Shown one piece after another: positions 1 to 13,988 of a stretch of 64,000 nucleotides of DNA (the stretch's first letter is position 1; every line of letters begins with the position of its first letter). Position numbers and translations under genes: made by a program. Source of the stretch: Oopsacas minuta. Its lineage: Eukaryota; Animalia; Porifera. The stretch covers positions 124,001 to 188,000 of the forward strand of contig JAKMXF010000295.1 in NCBI GenBank assembly GCA_024704765.1, in the 5' to 3' direction. The notes under the pieces are model-generated. The model had not been told where the DNA came from. It saw only the letters and a program-made list of their open reading frames with translations, and ran no database searches.

Positions 1-491
1 AACTTGTGTATCCGAAGGAGGGGGTTACTTGGAATAAATTATGTTGTGAATGCGTGTATTTAGTGTTTGTACTCCCTTCTATGTTACCACCCGGAAGTAT
101 TAATGAACGTTCTGGTACAAATCGAGTGATTTTACTAGCTATGTTGTATCTCTAGTAGATGAAAAGAGCGGGAGCGAACCCCAGCTCCGAGGATCACAAG
201 AGTCTACAACGTATCTGAACCTACATTTCTTATTTAGTAAAGTATGTATTACCTGTTTTGAGTTAGTCAAACTTCCACTCTCGGCCCGTACGAAAAGCTT
301 AGCTCAGGAAAAACTGTGCCTAATGTATATATCATCTGATCTAAGTCACTTTCTCAGAAATTTCAAGATTAGTATACTCTCCTACTCGGCCATTGTTTAA
401 TACAAATCTGGCCGATCGTTCTTTTACAGGTTGATATTTGTGATGATATTGTATAATTGACGAGAATTTGCAAGCTACAAGAATATAATAA

Positions 492-2739
492 CCCAGCCCA
501 ACAGAAATGAAATAAATTTTGGTGCCTCAGAATCTAGGCCTATTTTAGAGTATACTTGATCTGCTGATTTCAAAACTACCATCGGCTTTGCTCCATCAGC
601 TCTAGTTTATAAGATAGACTATATTTCTTAAAATTCTGATTCGCCTTAATTGTGGTACTCCATTTGGGATTTTACACTGACTATTTTATGTTTCTTTAGT
701 AATTCATAACAATTTTGTGCCTGACTCAAGTCCTGAATTATATTATCATTTATTATTGATTCCATTTCAGATACTAAGTAGTTATTATTGTATTTCATGG
801 CTTCGTGGCGAAGAAGTTGTTTGAATAACCCAGATGTATTCTGTCATATTTGTGGTAGCTATACTATGTGAGACAGCGGAAACCTATTTCTGAATTTGTT
901 AAGAAGGCATATCTTGCTATTTTGGAGTCAGGCTTGGAGACCAAGATAGACTATGGGCCCCGCACATAGTATGTAAAACTTGTACATAGCATCTGCGGCA
1001 ATGGGCAGTTTGTACGAGAAGAAGTCTGAAGTTTGTTATACCTATGGTTTGGAGGGAGCCAAAACAACATTATGATGATTGTTACTTCTGTATTGTGAAC
1101 ATCAAGGGTATCAATCGAAGGAATAAGAACAATTGGACATATCCTGACCTAGAATCAGCGAAACGACCTGTTCCACACTCAGAAGAGGTGCCCATTCCGG
1201 CTTCGAACTTTCATCTAAATGATTCAGATATTCCTCATGAAGCAGAAGTAAATTCGAGTGATAGCGATTTTGAAAATACTTCATCAATGGCCCCTCCCCC
1301 CAACATTTTGATCAACTTGAACTGAATGATCTGATTCAGGATCTCGACCTCTCGAAAGAATCTTCTGAAGTGCTGGCATCCAGGTTGAATGACAAAAATT
1401 TACTTCATCCTGGAGCCAAGATTACATATTATCGTAACAGAGAAAAGTCCTTACTGCCATACATTTCCAACGACAATGGTCTAGTTTGGTGCAATAATGT
1501 TAGAGGTCTTTTAGGAGTAATGGGCGTACCAGAATACAGGCCAAATGAATGGCGTCTTTTTATTGACAGTTCTACTAGGAGTTTGAAATGTGTTTGCTCC
1601 ATAATTAGAACAAATATACTTCTATTCCAATTGGTCACTCAACCAACATGAAGGAGGAGTATGAGTCAATCAAACTGGTTCTGGAGAAACTGAAATATCA
1701 TGTCTATCAATGGGTGATTTGTGTTGACTTAAAGATGGTTAATTTCCTCCTTGGTCAGCAGAGTGGCTACACAAATACCCATGCTTCCTTAGTCTTTGGG
1801 ATAGCCGAGCAAGAAATGACCACTGGACGAGAATGAGTGGCCCTTGAGAAAGAATATGATAATGGGAGAAATAAAGATCACTAACAAACCTCTGATTAAA
1901 ACAGGGACTAGATCATTCTGCCACCACTGCATATCAAACTGTGCCTCATGAAACAATTCGTCAAGGCTTAGAATAAAGATGGTTCCTGCTTCCATTACTT
2001 ATGCAGTTCATTCCCTGAACTTAGCACCGAAAAACTCAAAGCTGGAATATTTGATGGCTCCAAGATCAGAAAGTTCATGAATGACACATGTTTTATTTAT
2101 TCCATGAATGACACTGAATCTGTTGCTTGGTCCGCATTTCTTTTAGTTACACAAAGTTTTTTGGGCAACTATAAAGCGGAAAATTACGCTGAATTAGTAG
2201 GCTATATACTATAGAAATTCAAAAATATGGGCTATAAGATGAGCATCAAGGTTCATTACCTCCATAACCATTTAGATCATTTCCCCGAAAACCTTGGTGA
2301 CGTAGGGAAGAACAAGGAGAAAGGTTCCATCAAGACATCATGGTAATGAAAGAGATGTACCAGGGAAGGTGGGATATTCACATGATGGGAGATTACTGCT
2401 GGAAGCTTCAGCGAGATTTTCCAGGCAAATCTCATTCAAGGGTGTCCCGAAAAATACGCATTTTATACGTTGATTGATTGTGTCTATTGTTTATGGAATC
2501 TTCTGATAACAATATTGTCCTTATGACAACGTTTATCCTTATGGCAAATAATTTTTACAATCATTATTCTTATATGTATATGCACGTATATTAGAATGTT
2601 AATTAGTTGAAGTCAATCGTGGATATATTTCACTAACAAGAGGTGATAGATCAAAACTGAGGGCATTTTCGAATCTACGCACAAAATTTACCCCAAAATA
2701 GGTATAACTTCCAAGGCAACAAATATGTGATGACCAGTG
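492..2739 (+). mobile_element. Chapaev3-type DNA transposon, old decayed copy (copy A)
   Basis: Right end ...TGACCAGTG (2731-2739; reverse complement CACTGGTCA). Left end degenerate, CCCAGCCCAACAG at 492, after TAA. The internal frames are homologous to the near-intact copies at 41.4 and 59.9 kb. Confidence 0.7.
797..2478 (+). pseudogene. Chapaev3-type transposase pseudogene (multiple stops and frameshifts)
   Basis: ATG 797 (MASWRRSCLNNPDVFCHICG). ORFs 1044-1325 (PMVWREPKQHYDDCYFC), 1370-1651 (EWRLFIDSS) and 1648-1836 (WVICVDLKMVNFLLGQQSGYT). C-terminal FHQDI/YQGRWD-like remnants near 2320-2400. Confidence 0.85.
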
Positions 2740-4032
2740 TCATATGTAGTTTGAATTCATTGATGACGCTGTACAGCCGTATCATATTTACCCCTACCAT
2801 GAACCCATTTTCTGAGTGTGCAATAAGGACTATCTGAGCCTGACACTGGAGCATTTGTACCTCCTATGGTATATATCCTTAAGTCTTGGGTTCATTTTAA
2901 TGGTATCTATCCCTTGTTTCAAGTATTTCTCGTAATTTGCCTTACATACTCAGGCTGGAGTAATAAGAGTCTACGAGACGGGATGCGGATCAATATTCAG
3001 TTTGTGTCTTATATGTGGATGGCAGCGCCATGAATTATGTATCTTTGGTGGATTATTTTTCGTGTCTCCGATTTGCTATAAGAATATTGGATTCGAACTA
3101 TATAGAGTAATACTTATACTAGATTTAAATGCTTCCCTGGGGTGTTCCGATACCCTATGTGTGTCATGATCTTATTGTCTTTCATTACTCATATTATAGA
3201 GTACTTTACTGGATTTTACCATGCCCTTCACAATCTTGTTATTCTACCAATATTTTTATGATATGTTCGTTTTAGAATGTCAGGAAAGGCATTGGCGATC
3301 AATTACTTGGAATTTTGCTACTTTCAGACGTCAGCAATATATTCTTGACGATAAGAACATGCTATTCTTATGTGAGTTATACCTATATGTCATACTTTCA
3401 GGAGATTTGCAGAAATTTAGTCCAAGGTGCACTGATCCACTTCCACAAAATATTTGTCTCGCATCTATGAACAATCTGAGTGTAGTATAGAGGGTATTTC
3501 TAACAAAGTGACACGCAGGGGCGAAATTTGGTGGGAACCAACCCTGTGCACTCCAGGCCTGGGTGGATACACCTCTCTACCTGTGCCGGATTACTTCCTG
3601 ATTATTTCGTAATCTATCACGTCATTTCGAAATGGAAATGTTTTCTCACGTGGTCTTTTTCGTAGGACATCATATCAACAAAACATTGATTCGGATGACA
3701 TTGCGTTTATGATTTCTGCAGGGCTGATAGAACATCCATTATATATGTAATACTTCCTTCCGCATTCACTCGTCCCTATTTTTGATAGAGTGCCCTCATC
3801 AAGAGCGTAGATCCATAAATAAAGTAGGTGGAGGCTCAAATTTAATTGAATTTGGTGTAAAATCAGTTATAAATTACCATAAAATATCCCAAACTCTTCA
3901 AAGTGGGGATGTGACACAGCAGCCCCCCCTCCGATATTAACGCTCATGACAGTGCATTGTTGTATAGAATGCTACTTGTATATCTATTGTATTAAACCGC
4001 AATGAATCTATGTGTATGTATGTGCACATATA

Positions 4033-5375
4033 CAGTGCCGGTCAAAATGAAGTGCTCAGAATTACTTTCCCAAATTCTTATCTCTATGACTGATTTCACT
4101 ATAATGCTATATTATAATCAAGCGAATTGTCGTTAGTCTTTAGTGAAACTTTCTCTTGCTTGAAATACGGCTTTACATCTTTGCGGTATACTCTCGATTA
4201 GAGTATGGAGCCAGTTAATGTCGATGCAATCTCAAGTGCTAATTATGGTATTCCACAACTCTGAGTAGCCGGATGGGGTTTTCTCTTGAATTTTGAGGGA
4301 AATGTGATCCCAAAGATTCTCAATCGAATTTAGATCAGGTGACTGAGCAGACCAATTCATAACCTCTATTTTTTGCTCACCAAACCATTGCTTAGTACAC
4401 TTTGACCTATGGCATGGGGCGTTGTCTTGCAGAAAGGTCCAGTCAGAATGTAGAGAATGCAAATCAACGCTTGGGATTAGTGCATTTTCTAGTATATCAA
4501 TGTAGGAAGTTGTCTTAAGGTTCCCAGATACTTTCCACAAGAGTCTTGCGCCACTCCAACAAAAGCATTCCGAAACCAGTATGCCATCCCCACCATACTT
4601 GCAAGTTTTTTGATGACACCTCTCTGAGAACTCCTCCCCTTTCTTCCTCCTGACGTAGGCTCTCCTGTCATTAGTATGCAGAAGGAACCTAGATTCGTCA
4701 CTGAACATAACTCTTGTCCATTCTTCTGTATTCCAATCCTTGTGCGATCTTGCGAAGGAAAGTCGGTCTCTTTTATGCTTGGTAGTAAGGCGGGGCTTCC
4801 TTCGCGATTTTCGTCCGAACAGTCCAGCCCCTCGTAATCATCTCTGGACTGTTGAAGTGGAAAGTTTTATCGAATATTCTAATACTACTTCAGCATTGAT
4901 CAGAGTAGCAGTCTTAAATATATCCTTTTTGCACTTTCTGACTAAAAATTGTCTTGCATTTTGGTTGTGACACGAGGCCTACCCGGAATAGCAAGGTCTC
5001 TTACCGAGCCAGTCAGCCTGTGTTTCAGGATCTCGGCTACACTTTTGGGGCTATACCCAACCATTTTATCTACTTCCCTCTGAGTATGGCCACTTTCTGA
5101 AAGCAGCATTAAGTTGGGATTTTCATTGGAAATCGTGGTTTCGATGGCATTGAAAATTCGATAAAAACGGATAAATTAGAAAAATAGAATTCAAACTGAA
5201 ATCGGAAAGTTGTGCAATTATTATGAGTGGAATAGCTGTGTTGGTGTGTTACTTGTCAGAATATATATGGCTGTGTATGATTTTGGAAGAATTCAAGTAT
5301 CTGAGTCAATGAACACAATTTGATATCTACTATACTGTATACATTCATTTAAGCAATTCTTTTTGACCGGCACTA
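4033..5375 (-). mobile_element. Tc1-family transposon (DD34E), full length, frameshifted transposase
   Basis: TIR CAGTGCCGGTCAAAA after TA (4031-4032) and TTTTGACCGGCACTA ending 5375. ORF 4232-4708 has FSDESRF, FLQDNAPCH and WSAQSPDLNSIE with 34 residues between D and E. The N-terminal HTH part runs up to an ATG at 5150. Confidence 0.92.
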
Positions 5376-5699
5376 TTTATATATGTTATCTTCCCAATTT
5401 AGTTTCCGCCAAACTAATTATTTGACCCGCCACACTGAGTATGTGTATTCCTATAGAAAGTTTGAGATAATATATTTTGATCTGCTAAAAAACATTAAAT
5501 ATCAAATTCTAAGATTGTTATTATATCTAGATTCATTCTACTAATAAATTGCTTCAATTGACTTGAAAAAAGTATTTGTATGGTTTAATCCAATTAATAT
5601 TTAAATATGTACACAATATACTATAAAACCATACCAAAGTATGAAATACTGTAGTAAATGTACTTCTAGAAACTCTATTAGGTTTCAGTGAATTTTTGT

Positions 5700-7080
5700 C
5701 CTAAATAGATAACCAGTTGATCATAAGTTTAGGCGACAAGGTGATTATATGGATAGGTGACCAATTGATTTTGAAGTTAGGTAACCAGTTGATTGCGGCG
5801 GTTTTTAAAAATAGTTTTTACTGTTGGTGGAGAGAGAGAAAGGAATGGGATTATACGGGGTTACAGAGAAGACAATTGCAATCCAAACAATCGCCTTGGA
5901 GCAGGACAAGGTTCCGCTATTCGTGGTGGACTTTGAGGGCGTAACGGTCCTATATGTGAAAGAGGGTGAGTTTGCTCAGTTTCAGTGTCGTCTGGTGGCG
6001 TGTCCTCCAGCTCCTGGGAGCGAGTGAATGATGGGTAGGTATTGATAACGTGGGGAGAGCAAGGATGTGGTAGAGCAGTGTCAGTGAGTGTGGCAATCGC
6101 TGCAATATCTATTACATCAGTAGGTTCCTGTAGAGATAGAGTGCTTAATGACATAGGGCTGGGAGGTGGTGGTGTATGCATAATATGACCATATTCAGAA
6201 ACCTGTCTGGTAACTAGCGCCTGTTCCAGCTGGTCCTTATCATGAAGTATGTTAAGTGCCTCGCTTGACAGTAGCATATCCACACTGTTATTAAGTGGCG
6301 TTCTCCCAAAGGTGAATAGTTAAGTGCGTCGCCTTAATACCCGAGTGCTATGCGTTATTCTTACTATACTGAAGAAATTGTAACTCACTGCCAACTCATT
6401 GGTCTCTTTAACCGAATCCATGAATCGGGCGAATAATTGTTTCTTGAATTACCATTAGCTCGCTCCACACATCCTAGGTCTTTTGAGTCTTTTAGCCACT
6501 CATGCATAAGGTGTGTACTATCCAATGTCTCTGAACAGGAGTGAGATGTATGATTATCCACAAAGTCAACCTGCCCACGCAGCCCAACATTCCTGGGTAT
6601 GATAGGTCTGTGAATGACTTTCAGTGTATAGTTCACGCCCTTGTTAGCTTGGTATATGGGGCAGAGGCGTAGAAAGAGGACAATTACTGCGAGAAGTAGT
6701 TGATAGTCGTGGGCTATGAAATATTCGTACATCAAAACAAAATCATTATATTTCATTTTGTCTACTGGTAGGAAATATATTTTAAACAAAATTTCAGAAG
6801 CTCATGTAGCTATTGTTGGGGAGATAGGAGAGAGATAGAACTATAGAGAGCGAGGGTTATAGAGAAGACAATTGTAATCCAAACGACAGCAATTGTGGCA
6901 AGATCAGGTTGCACTATTCTGTGGATACTTGAAAGGGGGTAATTTCGGGCACTAGACGGAGCAAACTATACGTAGTGGCTAAGAAAGAGCAGTGGGACAT
7001 GTTTGTGGCCGCACATCACGGGCACAGTCATAGGGAACGAGACAGGATAATGGGCATCATGTAGAGGATATTTAGCAGTT
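5700..7080 (-). pseudogene. Ginger2/KRBA2-like DDE integrase remnant, internally deleted
   Basis: ORF 6385-6789 has LCPIYQANK, PIIPRNVGLRGQVDFVD and GCVERANG. The next frames read QFLQYSKNNA*HSGIK and TFGRTPL...LEQAL, running into ORF 5861-6283, as in KRBA2/SCAND3-type integrases. Repeated TRACCARTTGAT motifs at 5710-5795 resemble subterminal repeats. Confidence 0.65.
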
Positions 7081-8897
7081 AACCAATTGTTTTAATAAAG
7101 ATCAGATATCTCTCTCGTATCTGTGTCTAAATTCACAATGTCAGATTCTGGTTATGGCCCTTTTCATCCCACTAGTACAGGTCAAAATTTGCAGTTATTC
7201 CCATTAGGCAGATACACCATCTTTATCCCTCAACCACTAAAATATTACTGTAGACCCTCATAAGTGTCCCAGCGAGTTAATCGAACGCATATCACTTTGA
7301 AAACGACAAACTTTGGCTCATACCGGGATCTGAAAATTGATCTTTTGAATCACCCTTAAATACTAGTGAGAATTCGGACAGTATCCAAATGAGCATAATT
7401 CTATCATATATTTGTCACGCTTCCCACAATTAGATCTGGATTAACATTGTACAATTGGATAGAGGAGACATGGATCTCTATGTCACCGCTATTATATATG
7501 ATAATTACTACATTGTGTTTAAGTTTTTGGGTTTTAACTGAGCATGTCAAAAAATCAAATTGCACTTGCTTTTCAAAATTGAGAATTTCAGAACAACCGA
7601 AACTTTTTTAAATGTTCTGACTAAATGGCTTTTGTTGTATCTACACTTTGTTCAGAACATCTTCCTAAGAGATTTCATTGCTAAAGTTTGGCACTTATTC
7701 ACTGATTTTCAAGAGTACCCCTTTCTATTGATATTCAAATGATCACTCTTCTTTAATATTTTCACTCTTCGCCTTATTTCATCTTGAAAATAATGGTAAC
7801 ATTGTAATTAGGATGCATCGATGTTTTTGTTTTCAAGATAATATATATAGATTTTTATTTCCAACTTTTTGTGCAATATTCACTGATTATAACAGGACTC
7901 TTTTTCTAGAGGGTTCGAATTTATTCTCATTTTGTGATAATCTTGAGATTTGGTTGTCAGTCTGCCACTAACCCTGGACATACTCTCTAATCCAGGGGTT
8001 CCAAACCTTTTTGTAGCCCATGCTCTACTTTGCAAAAAACTCACCATGTACACCCTATTGTAAATTCCAAAATGAACAACTTGATGTAGTTATGACAAAT
8101 CATTAGATATCTTTTAATTTGTTTTGACATTGTAGAATATATGTACATGTACTAAAGTTGAAATATAGCTAAAATTCATGATGTTTTAGTGTGAAGGTTG
8201 GTGTTGCTTATTATTCACAAGCTTTGCAAATCTCGGTCCCATTGTGGAGATAGCCCTCTTAGGTCATCTTCAACATTTAGACGAGACCTATATTAGTTTT
8301 AATATTCAACATCAAGAAATCCCGATTCAGGTAAATATATTGAGCAAAGAGTAAAAGAAATTTTCACAACACTTGCAGCAATTCTTTTGTAAAAGTCAGC
8401 AATTTTGAACCAGAAGGATATCAGTGAATTTGAATCAAATGTTTCACGAACAGCGGAGCCATTCACGAAATCTAGAAATTCTTCTTGCAAAGAATCTGGA
8501 AGAAATGACAAATGAGTATTCAATGGATTTCTGATCAACTTCGTATCCAAGTCATTAAAGTCTGAAAAATCTACCTTAATTTCATCTCGTAAAGAACTCT
8601 GATGCAATTCCACCAAATTTTGGATATTTTCTTTCATTTCCGTATCAACAGCAGTATTAATGAAAACCTCACTCAGGGTTTCAAACACATATCTATATTC
8701 CATCTTTAACCTTGGTTTCCCATAATTTAAGTTTCATAAGAAAAGCTCTAACTTTGTCAACAAAGTCAATTATAGTAGCGTCACGACCTTGAAGAGATTT
8801 ATTTTGTATGTCTATTCGAGTGAAAATATCGTCCAAGTAGGCTAGTTTAAGCTATCATCCCTCATTTGACAGTATTCTAAGAAAATCTTTTGAAATA

Positions 8898-10973
8898 CAG
8901 TCAAACCTCCAATAGTGAACACCTCTCATTAGTGAACACCTCCAAATAGTGAACACTATATTCTGGTCCCAAATATTTCCCTATCAAATAATATTTATAA
9001 GAACCTCTCTTTAATGAACACCTCTATACTGTGAATAGTGAAGACCTTATTTGAACATTTCATAAGTATCTCAATTAGAATGAACCTCCAATTAGTGAAC
9101 ATGGGTCAGGTTTCTGAATACAAAATAAACAGTGTTATATGAAAAGCGTGAAAAGATAATGTCACATATGCATATACTACTAATAAGTTATCAATTGCCA
9201 ACGTATAACGTACTAATACGTAGTTTAGAATTACTCTACCAACTCAGGTTATTTTAGCCATCTATCCGTGATGTCACTAAAAAGGAAAAATCTTACAATA
9301 TCCGAAAAGCTCAATGTAATAGAATTTGCCTCAACGCACAGCCAGCGTGATGTAGCTGATCGATTTGGTATATCTGTGGGAGCCGTAAATAACATTCTTA
9401 AGAAGAAACAGGAAATCCAAATGGCTTGCGAAGAAAACTGTAACCCACAAATGAAGCGAGTTAGATTGTCTAGTCATTGTGAAGTTAATGATCTTATTTG
9501 GCAGTGGTTTGTAACAGCTAGATCAAAGAATATACCAATTTCAGGACCTATCTTACAAGCAAAGGGCATAGATTTTGCCGAACAACTAGGTATACCATTC
9601 AAAGCCTCTAATGGCTGGTTGGAAAAGTTCAGGTCAAGGTACAATATAGCATTCAAGACACTATGCGGTGAAAGTGCCAGTGTTGATCCGGGGACTGTTG
9701 ATACATGGAAGCAACAATTACATACGATAATAGGTGGTTACAGCCCTGAAGATATTTCAATTGTGATGAAACAGGTCTCTACTATAAGGTTTTGCCAACT
9801 AAGTCTCTTGTAGAGAAAAACAAAATTTGCAACGGAACAAAGACGTCAAAGGATAGGTTGACAATTCTTTTGTGTGCGAATATGTCGGGTACGGAAAAAT
9901 TGAAACTATTGATGATAGGGAAAAGTCAGAATCCTAGGTGCTTCAAACACATGGACTTTAGTCAAATGCCGGTGCAATGGAAAGCAAACAAAAAGGCTTG
10001 GATGGATAGTAGTATATTTGGAGAATGGTTGAAGGATATCAACAATAAAATGAAGCGACAAAAGAGAAAGATTCTTGTATTCATTGATAATGCTACAAGT
10101 CATCCTCATTCAGTATTTAGTAATATTGAGTTAAAGTTTTTTCCTGCAAATTGTACATCCCAATTACAGCCAATGGATCAAGGAATTATACAGTCTATGA
10201 AACTTTCTTATAGGAAGATCCTCTTAATGGATGTACTAAGCAGAGTTGAATCTTGTGATTCTGGGCAAGGACTAATTAAATCGATCACAGTTAAGCATGC
10301 GTTGTATTGGGCAGCTCAAGCTTGGGAAAATGTCAAATCTGAAACTATTCAGAAATGTTTCGCAAATGCTGGATTTGGTTTCTATGAACACGCAAATCTT
10401 GACCATGAAGAAAATATCCAAAATATGATTGATGATTTGTCTTCCAGTCTTGGAATCGAATGTTGTTCAGGAATTAACTTCATGAATATCGATGAAGAGG
10501 AACAATTACTGCATGCATATACTGATGATGATTGGGAAACACAGCTAATAGAAAATTATTTATCACCAGCAGACAATGAAACATTAGAATTGGATGAAGA
10601 AAGCGACTCAGATATTCCAATCTCAAAAGCTCCAACAGTAAAAGAAGTACTGTATTCATTGGATGTAATAAAGACATTCAGCAATAACGACAGTAAGGTG
10701 TTTGGAGCTGTAATGAAAGCTGAATCAGCAATCAAAGAGCTAATATCAGAAGGAACATGTCAAAGGCAGTCAAAACTTACTGATTATTTGGAGAAAATTA
10801 ATTAATAGCTAAAAACACATTAACATTGCATACTTAAATCATAATACATTTCATATAACTTATTGAAATTTCATTGTTATACTATTTCAATGTAACCTCT
10901 CATTAATGAACACCTCGCTATAATGAACAAAAAAATCGGTCCCGAGGGTGTTCACTATGGAGAGGTTTGACTG
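8898..10973 (+). mobile_element. pogo/Tigger transposon, complete ends
   Basis: TA-flanked TIRs CAGTCAAACCTC... (8898) and ...GAGGTTTGACTG (10973). Several internal GTGAACACC repeats near both ends. Confidence 0.95.
9271..10805 (+). pseudogene. Tigger/pogo transposase (CENP-B-type HTH + DDE_1, DD29D) with a single 1-bp frameshift
   Basis: ORFs 9268-9813 (HTH, ASNGWLEKF) and 9792-10805 (IDNATSH...QPMDQGII). Adding one T to the TTT run at 9755-9757 restores DIFNCDETGL and gives a ~511-aa ORF. Confidence 0.92.
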
Positions 10974-13104
10974 TAGCTCTATTATCTCGATTATGAAATT
11001 CCTTAAGCTCTATTTGTAAATTACAATGTCTGGATATGATATTTATTTTGATAACCACCATACTTCAGTGTCGAATAAGACTTTTTCATATCCAGAATTA
11101 AATTCTTGATATAATAACTTAAATACTTGTGTACTCTTTATGAAGTTCGCCATTTTCACAACATCTCAGATTATATGCATAAGTTCCTGAGGCATTGTCT
11201 TTGAAGCAAGGGCATGTCGATGTATCATACATTGTAAAATCTTAATATCGGGGTTTAGTTGTCTTACTTTAGTTTGGGACACCAATCGACAACCTAACAT
11301 AGCAGGAGCACCATCACCTGTACTTCTACGAACATTATTCCATAGGATGCCTTCAGTTGGGAAAAGTTTGAAGCTTTCTCAAATATATATCTTTTTTCAG
11401 ACTCTTCTCCAAGCATTGTGCGGACAATTTCTTTGCAGGATGGGAGAATCAAGTCTTCAGCAATAGTATGTAGCTCCTTTGCTTTAGCAACTTTATAGGA
11501 GACGAAGTATGAGGCATGAACAGCAGATTTATTTTGTCTGTACAAATAACCTTCATTATCTAGGCGTATGCGTTTCAGACTTTCATCTTTCCTTTTGAAA
11601 ACGTTATATCGTTATCTTTCAAATCGGGATGATTACTAAAGAAATGGCTCTTCAATAGGCTTGGTTTCAAGCTACTGTCATTCAAAACCTTCAAACAAAT
11701 GACGCATGGAGGATATTCTAGGCCACCTTTCACTATTGATGTGGGGCCATAAGCCTTGTACATGTTGGGATATGACGTTTTTTTGATAAAGTATTATTTG
11801 TTGTGCTGGATACCATCTTTCTATGGTCAATGCTAGAGTTTTGCAAGAGTACTGATTGATACTCTCATTGCCATTGTATATTTTCTGAAGATATACAATT
11901 TAGGCTTCTTTAGTATAAATTATGTAACTTCATTTGTTAGTTCACAGGTCTAATACTTGACAAAAATTAATATTAAATTGTGTGTTAGACAGAAAAGTAA
12001 TTAAATCATACGCCTAAGTTCACATTCTACCTAATATGATTACTATTCAAATCTTCTATCAAAGAATATATATAGATTAATTTCTATTACATCGTATCAC
12101 ACTTACAAATTAGAAAATAATATTCGTAAGTGACTTAATTTTCTCGCGTATCCCCTGGAATAGTCCTGGCGTATCCCCAGGGTACGCGTACCACAAGTTA
12201 GGAACCCCTGTTCTAATCCCTTCTGCCAATATTCACTTTAAGAAACCCTGTTTGTAGGCAAACCAAAAATATGACATTTAAATAGATTTCACCCCACACT
12301 GAATGATTAATAATAAATTTTGTGAAATATCAATAATTTATATTTTTAAAATTCCCTTTCTTAAACCTTCCTTCAAATTGGATGTCTTTTCACTGCAACC
12401 AAACCAGAACAGCTTCCTATATTTAAATAATATACTCAAACGGCATGCCGTATTTTCCTGAATATGCTCAGGGTGCATATTCTTTTCGTATCCATTATTT
12501 TTCTAAGTATCCTTTCATTTGTCGAAAATGCCAAAGATCTGCGTCCTTATTGACTAAAATTCTTAAGTCAAATTCTTAGAATTTTATTAACCTTAAGTGA
12601 AATTCTTAGAATAATTCTAAGAATTCGAACAATTCTAAGAAAAATATTTTGTGAGGTAAAGAGGACACCTAATTTATAATTTATTCTACTTTTCTATGAA
12701 ATTATACTCAATACGCATTTATTTACAAAGAAGATTGTTAATCGCTTAAGACAATATGTTTGATTATCATATCCACATGTTGTAATGCTCAGCATAGAAC
12801 TGTAGTCGAATTACATACCAACTATATTTAGATACTATTTCTTGACGTCACTCTGAATTGTATTTTTACATCAATAAATGTATTTATGTAATTGAATTAT
12901 ATCTCATATATTTTGAAACATAATAGCGTTGTATCTAAACTTAGGTAAATAAAGTCAATGTCATTTGAGTGACGTCCTGCAAAAATATACGCAATCTATG
13001 CGATTTTATCCATTTACGTATATATATTATCATCTTTAGTTATAAGTATAAATAATAAAAAAAAGTTGACTAATTATGATAATATCTTACCAATCGCTCT
13101 CATT

Positions 13105-13900
13105 ATGACCATTGAAAAATCGAAAACTCGTTCAAAGAATGTTATTCAGGAGGAGGTGATGTCACTCGTGGATCTCATTGATGATCAAAAACCGAAGTTG
13201 TTCGGCGCTCTAACATCAACTCTGAATTTCGATGATAAGAACAAAATCTGGGGAGAAATTTCAGGGAGACTGTCTGAATTACATGCGAATATAAGAACAA
13301 GAGATGATGTCATGAAAAAATGGTCTAATATACTACCAAAGCATAAGTCTCTATTGCAGATAAGTTAGCATCAGTAAGAAAAACTGGAGGAGGTCCTGCA
13401 GACGCTGATTTGAATGAAATAGAAACTAAAATCAGTAGCATCAAAGAGAAGGAAGCCTTTGAAGGCATTGAATCGGTATCGATCTCCCTCTTGAATCCCA
13501 AGGTGCAAGTGATGAAACTGAAAGGATGCTGATAAGGCCAGTTCCCTCTGAAGATATTGAACAAATAAAGTTTTTCCAACAAGCTCCAAGAAAACGTCAT
13601 CGTTTGGAAAATGACGAATCGGAATCGACCAAACGTGCAATTTTAGGGAAAGAAGATAAGAAATTGGAGATTTTGGCTAACATTGATTCTTAGCTACATC
13701 GGCTTGAGAGTAAATTCGATCGAGTGATCCAGATTTTGCAACATACAGCAGCGGATCAATCAAAGACACTTTCTCTTCTGATGGCTAAAACTATGCCTCC
13801 TCGGTCGCATTTTCAGACATTACCCCCTTCATTTCCTACTTCTAATTTGTCTTCATGCCTCATTACTTTCAAAGTCAAGATTAGAATCCATAATTAAGAC
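13105..13900 (+). pseudogene. Harbinger Myb/SANT-like DNA-binding protein (frameshifted)
   Basis: KTRSKN...KNKIWGEISGRL...RTRDDVMKKWSN, followed in another frame by RKTGGGP. The 3' limit is approximate. Confidence 0.8.
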
Positions 13901-13988
13901 AATTATGTTGTAAGTAAATCAGAGCCTAATTCATTCATGTACTCAGTTAATTAATTAAACTTCCTATATCATGTGAAATAATTTATAA

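Larger units (their letters stand above)
7993..12210 (-). mobile_element. hAT (Buster/ZBED5-like) transposon, internally deleted, interrupted by a pogo element
   Basis: Ends CAGGGGTTCC (7993) and GGAACCCCTG (12210). 8-bp TSD ctctaatc/ttctaatc with central TA. BED finger remnant CVICLKVL...LKSHFFSNHPDL (11575-11763), ASYFVSYKVAK...HTIAEDLILP (11294-11545) and a C-terminal part at 8299-8703. Confidence 0.9.
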
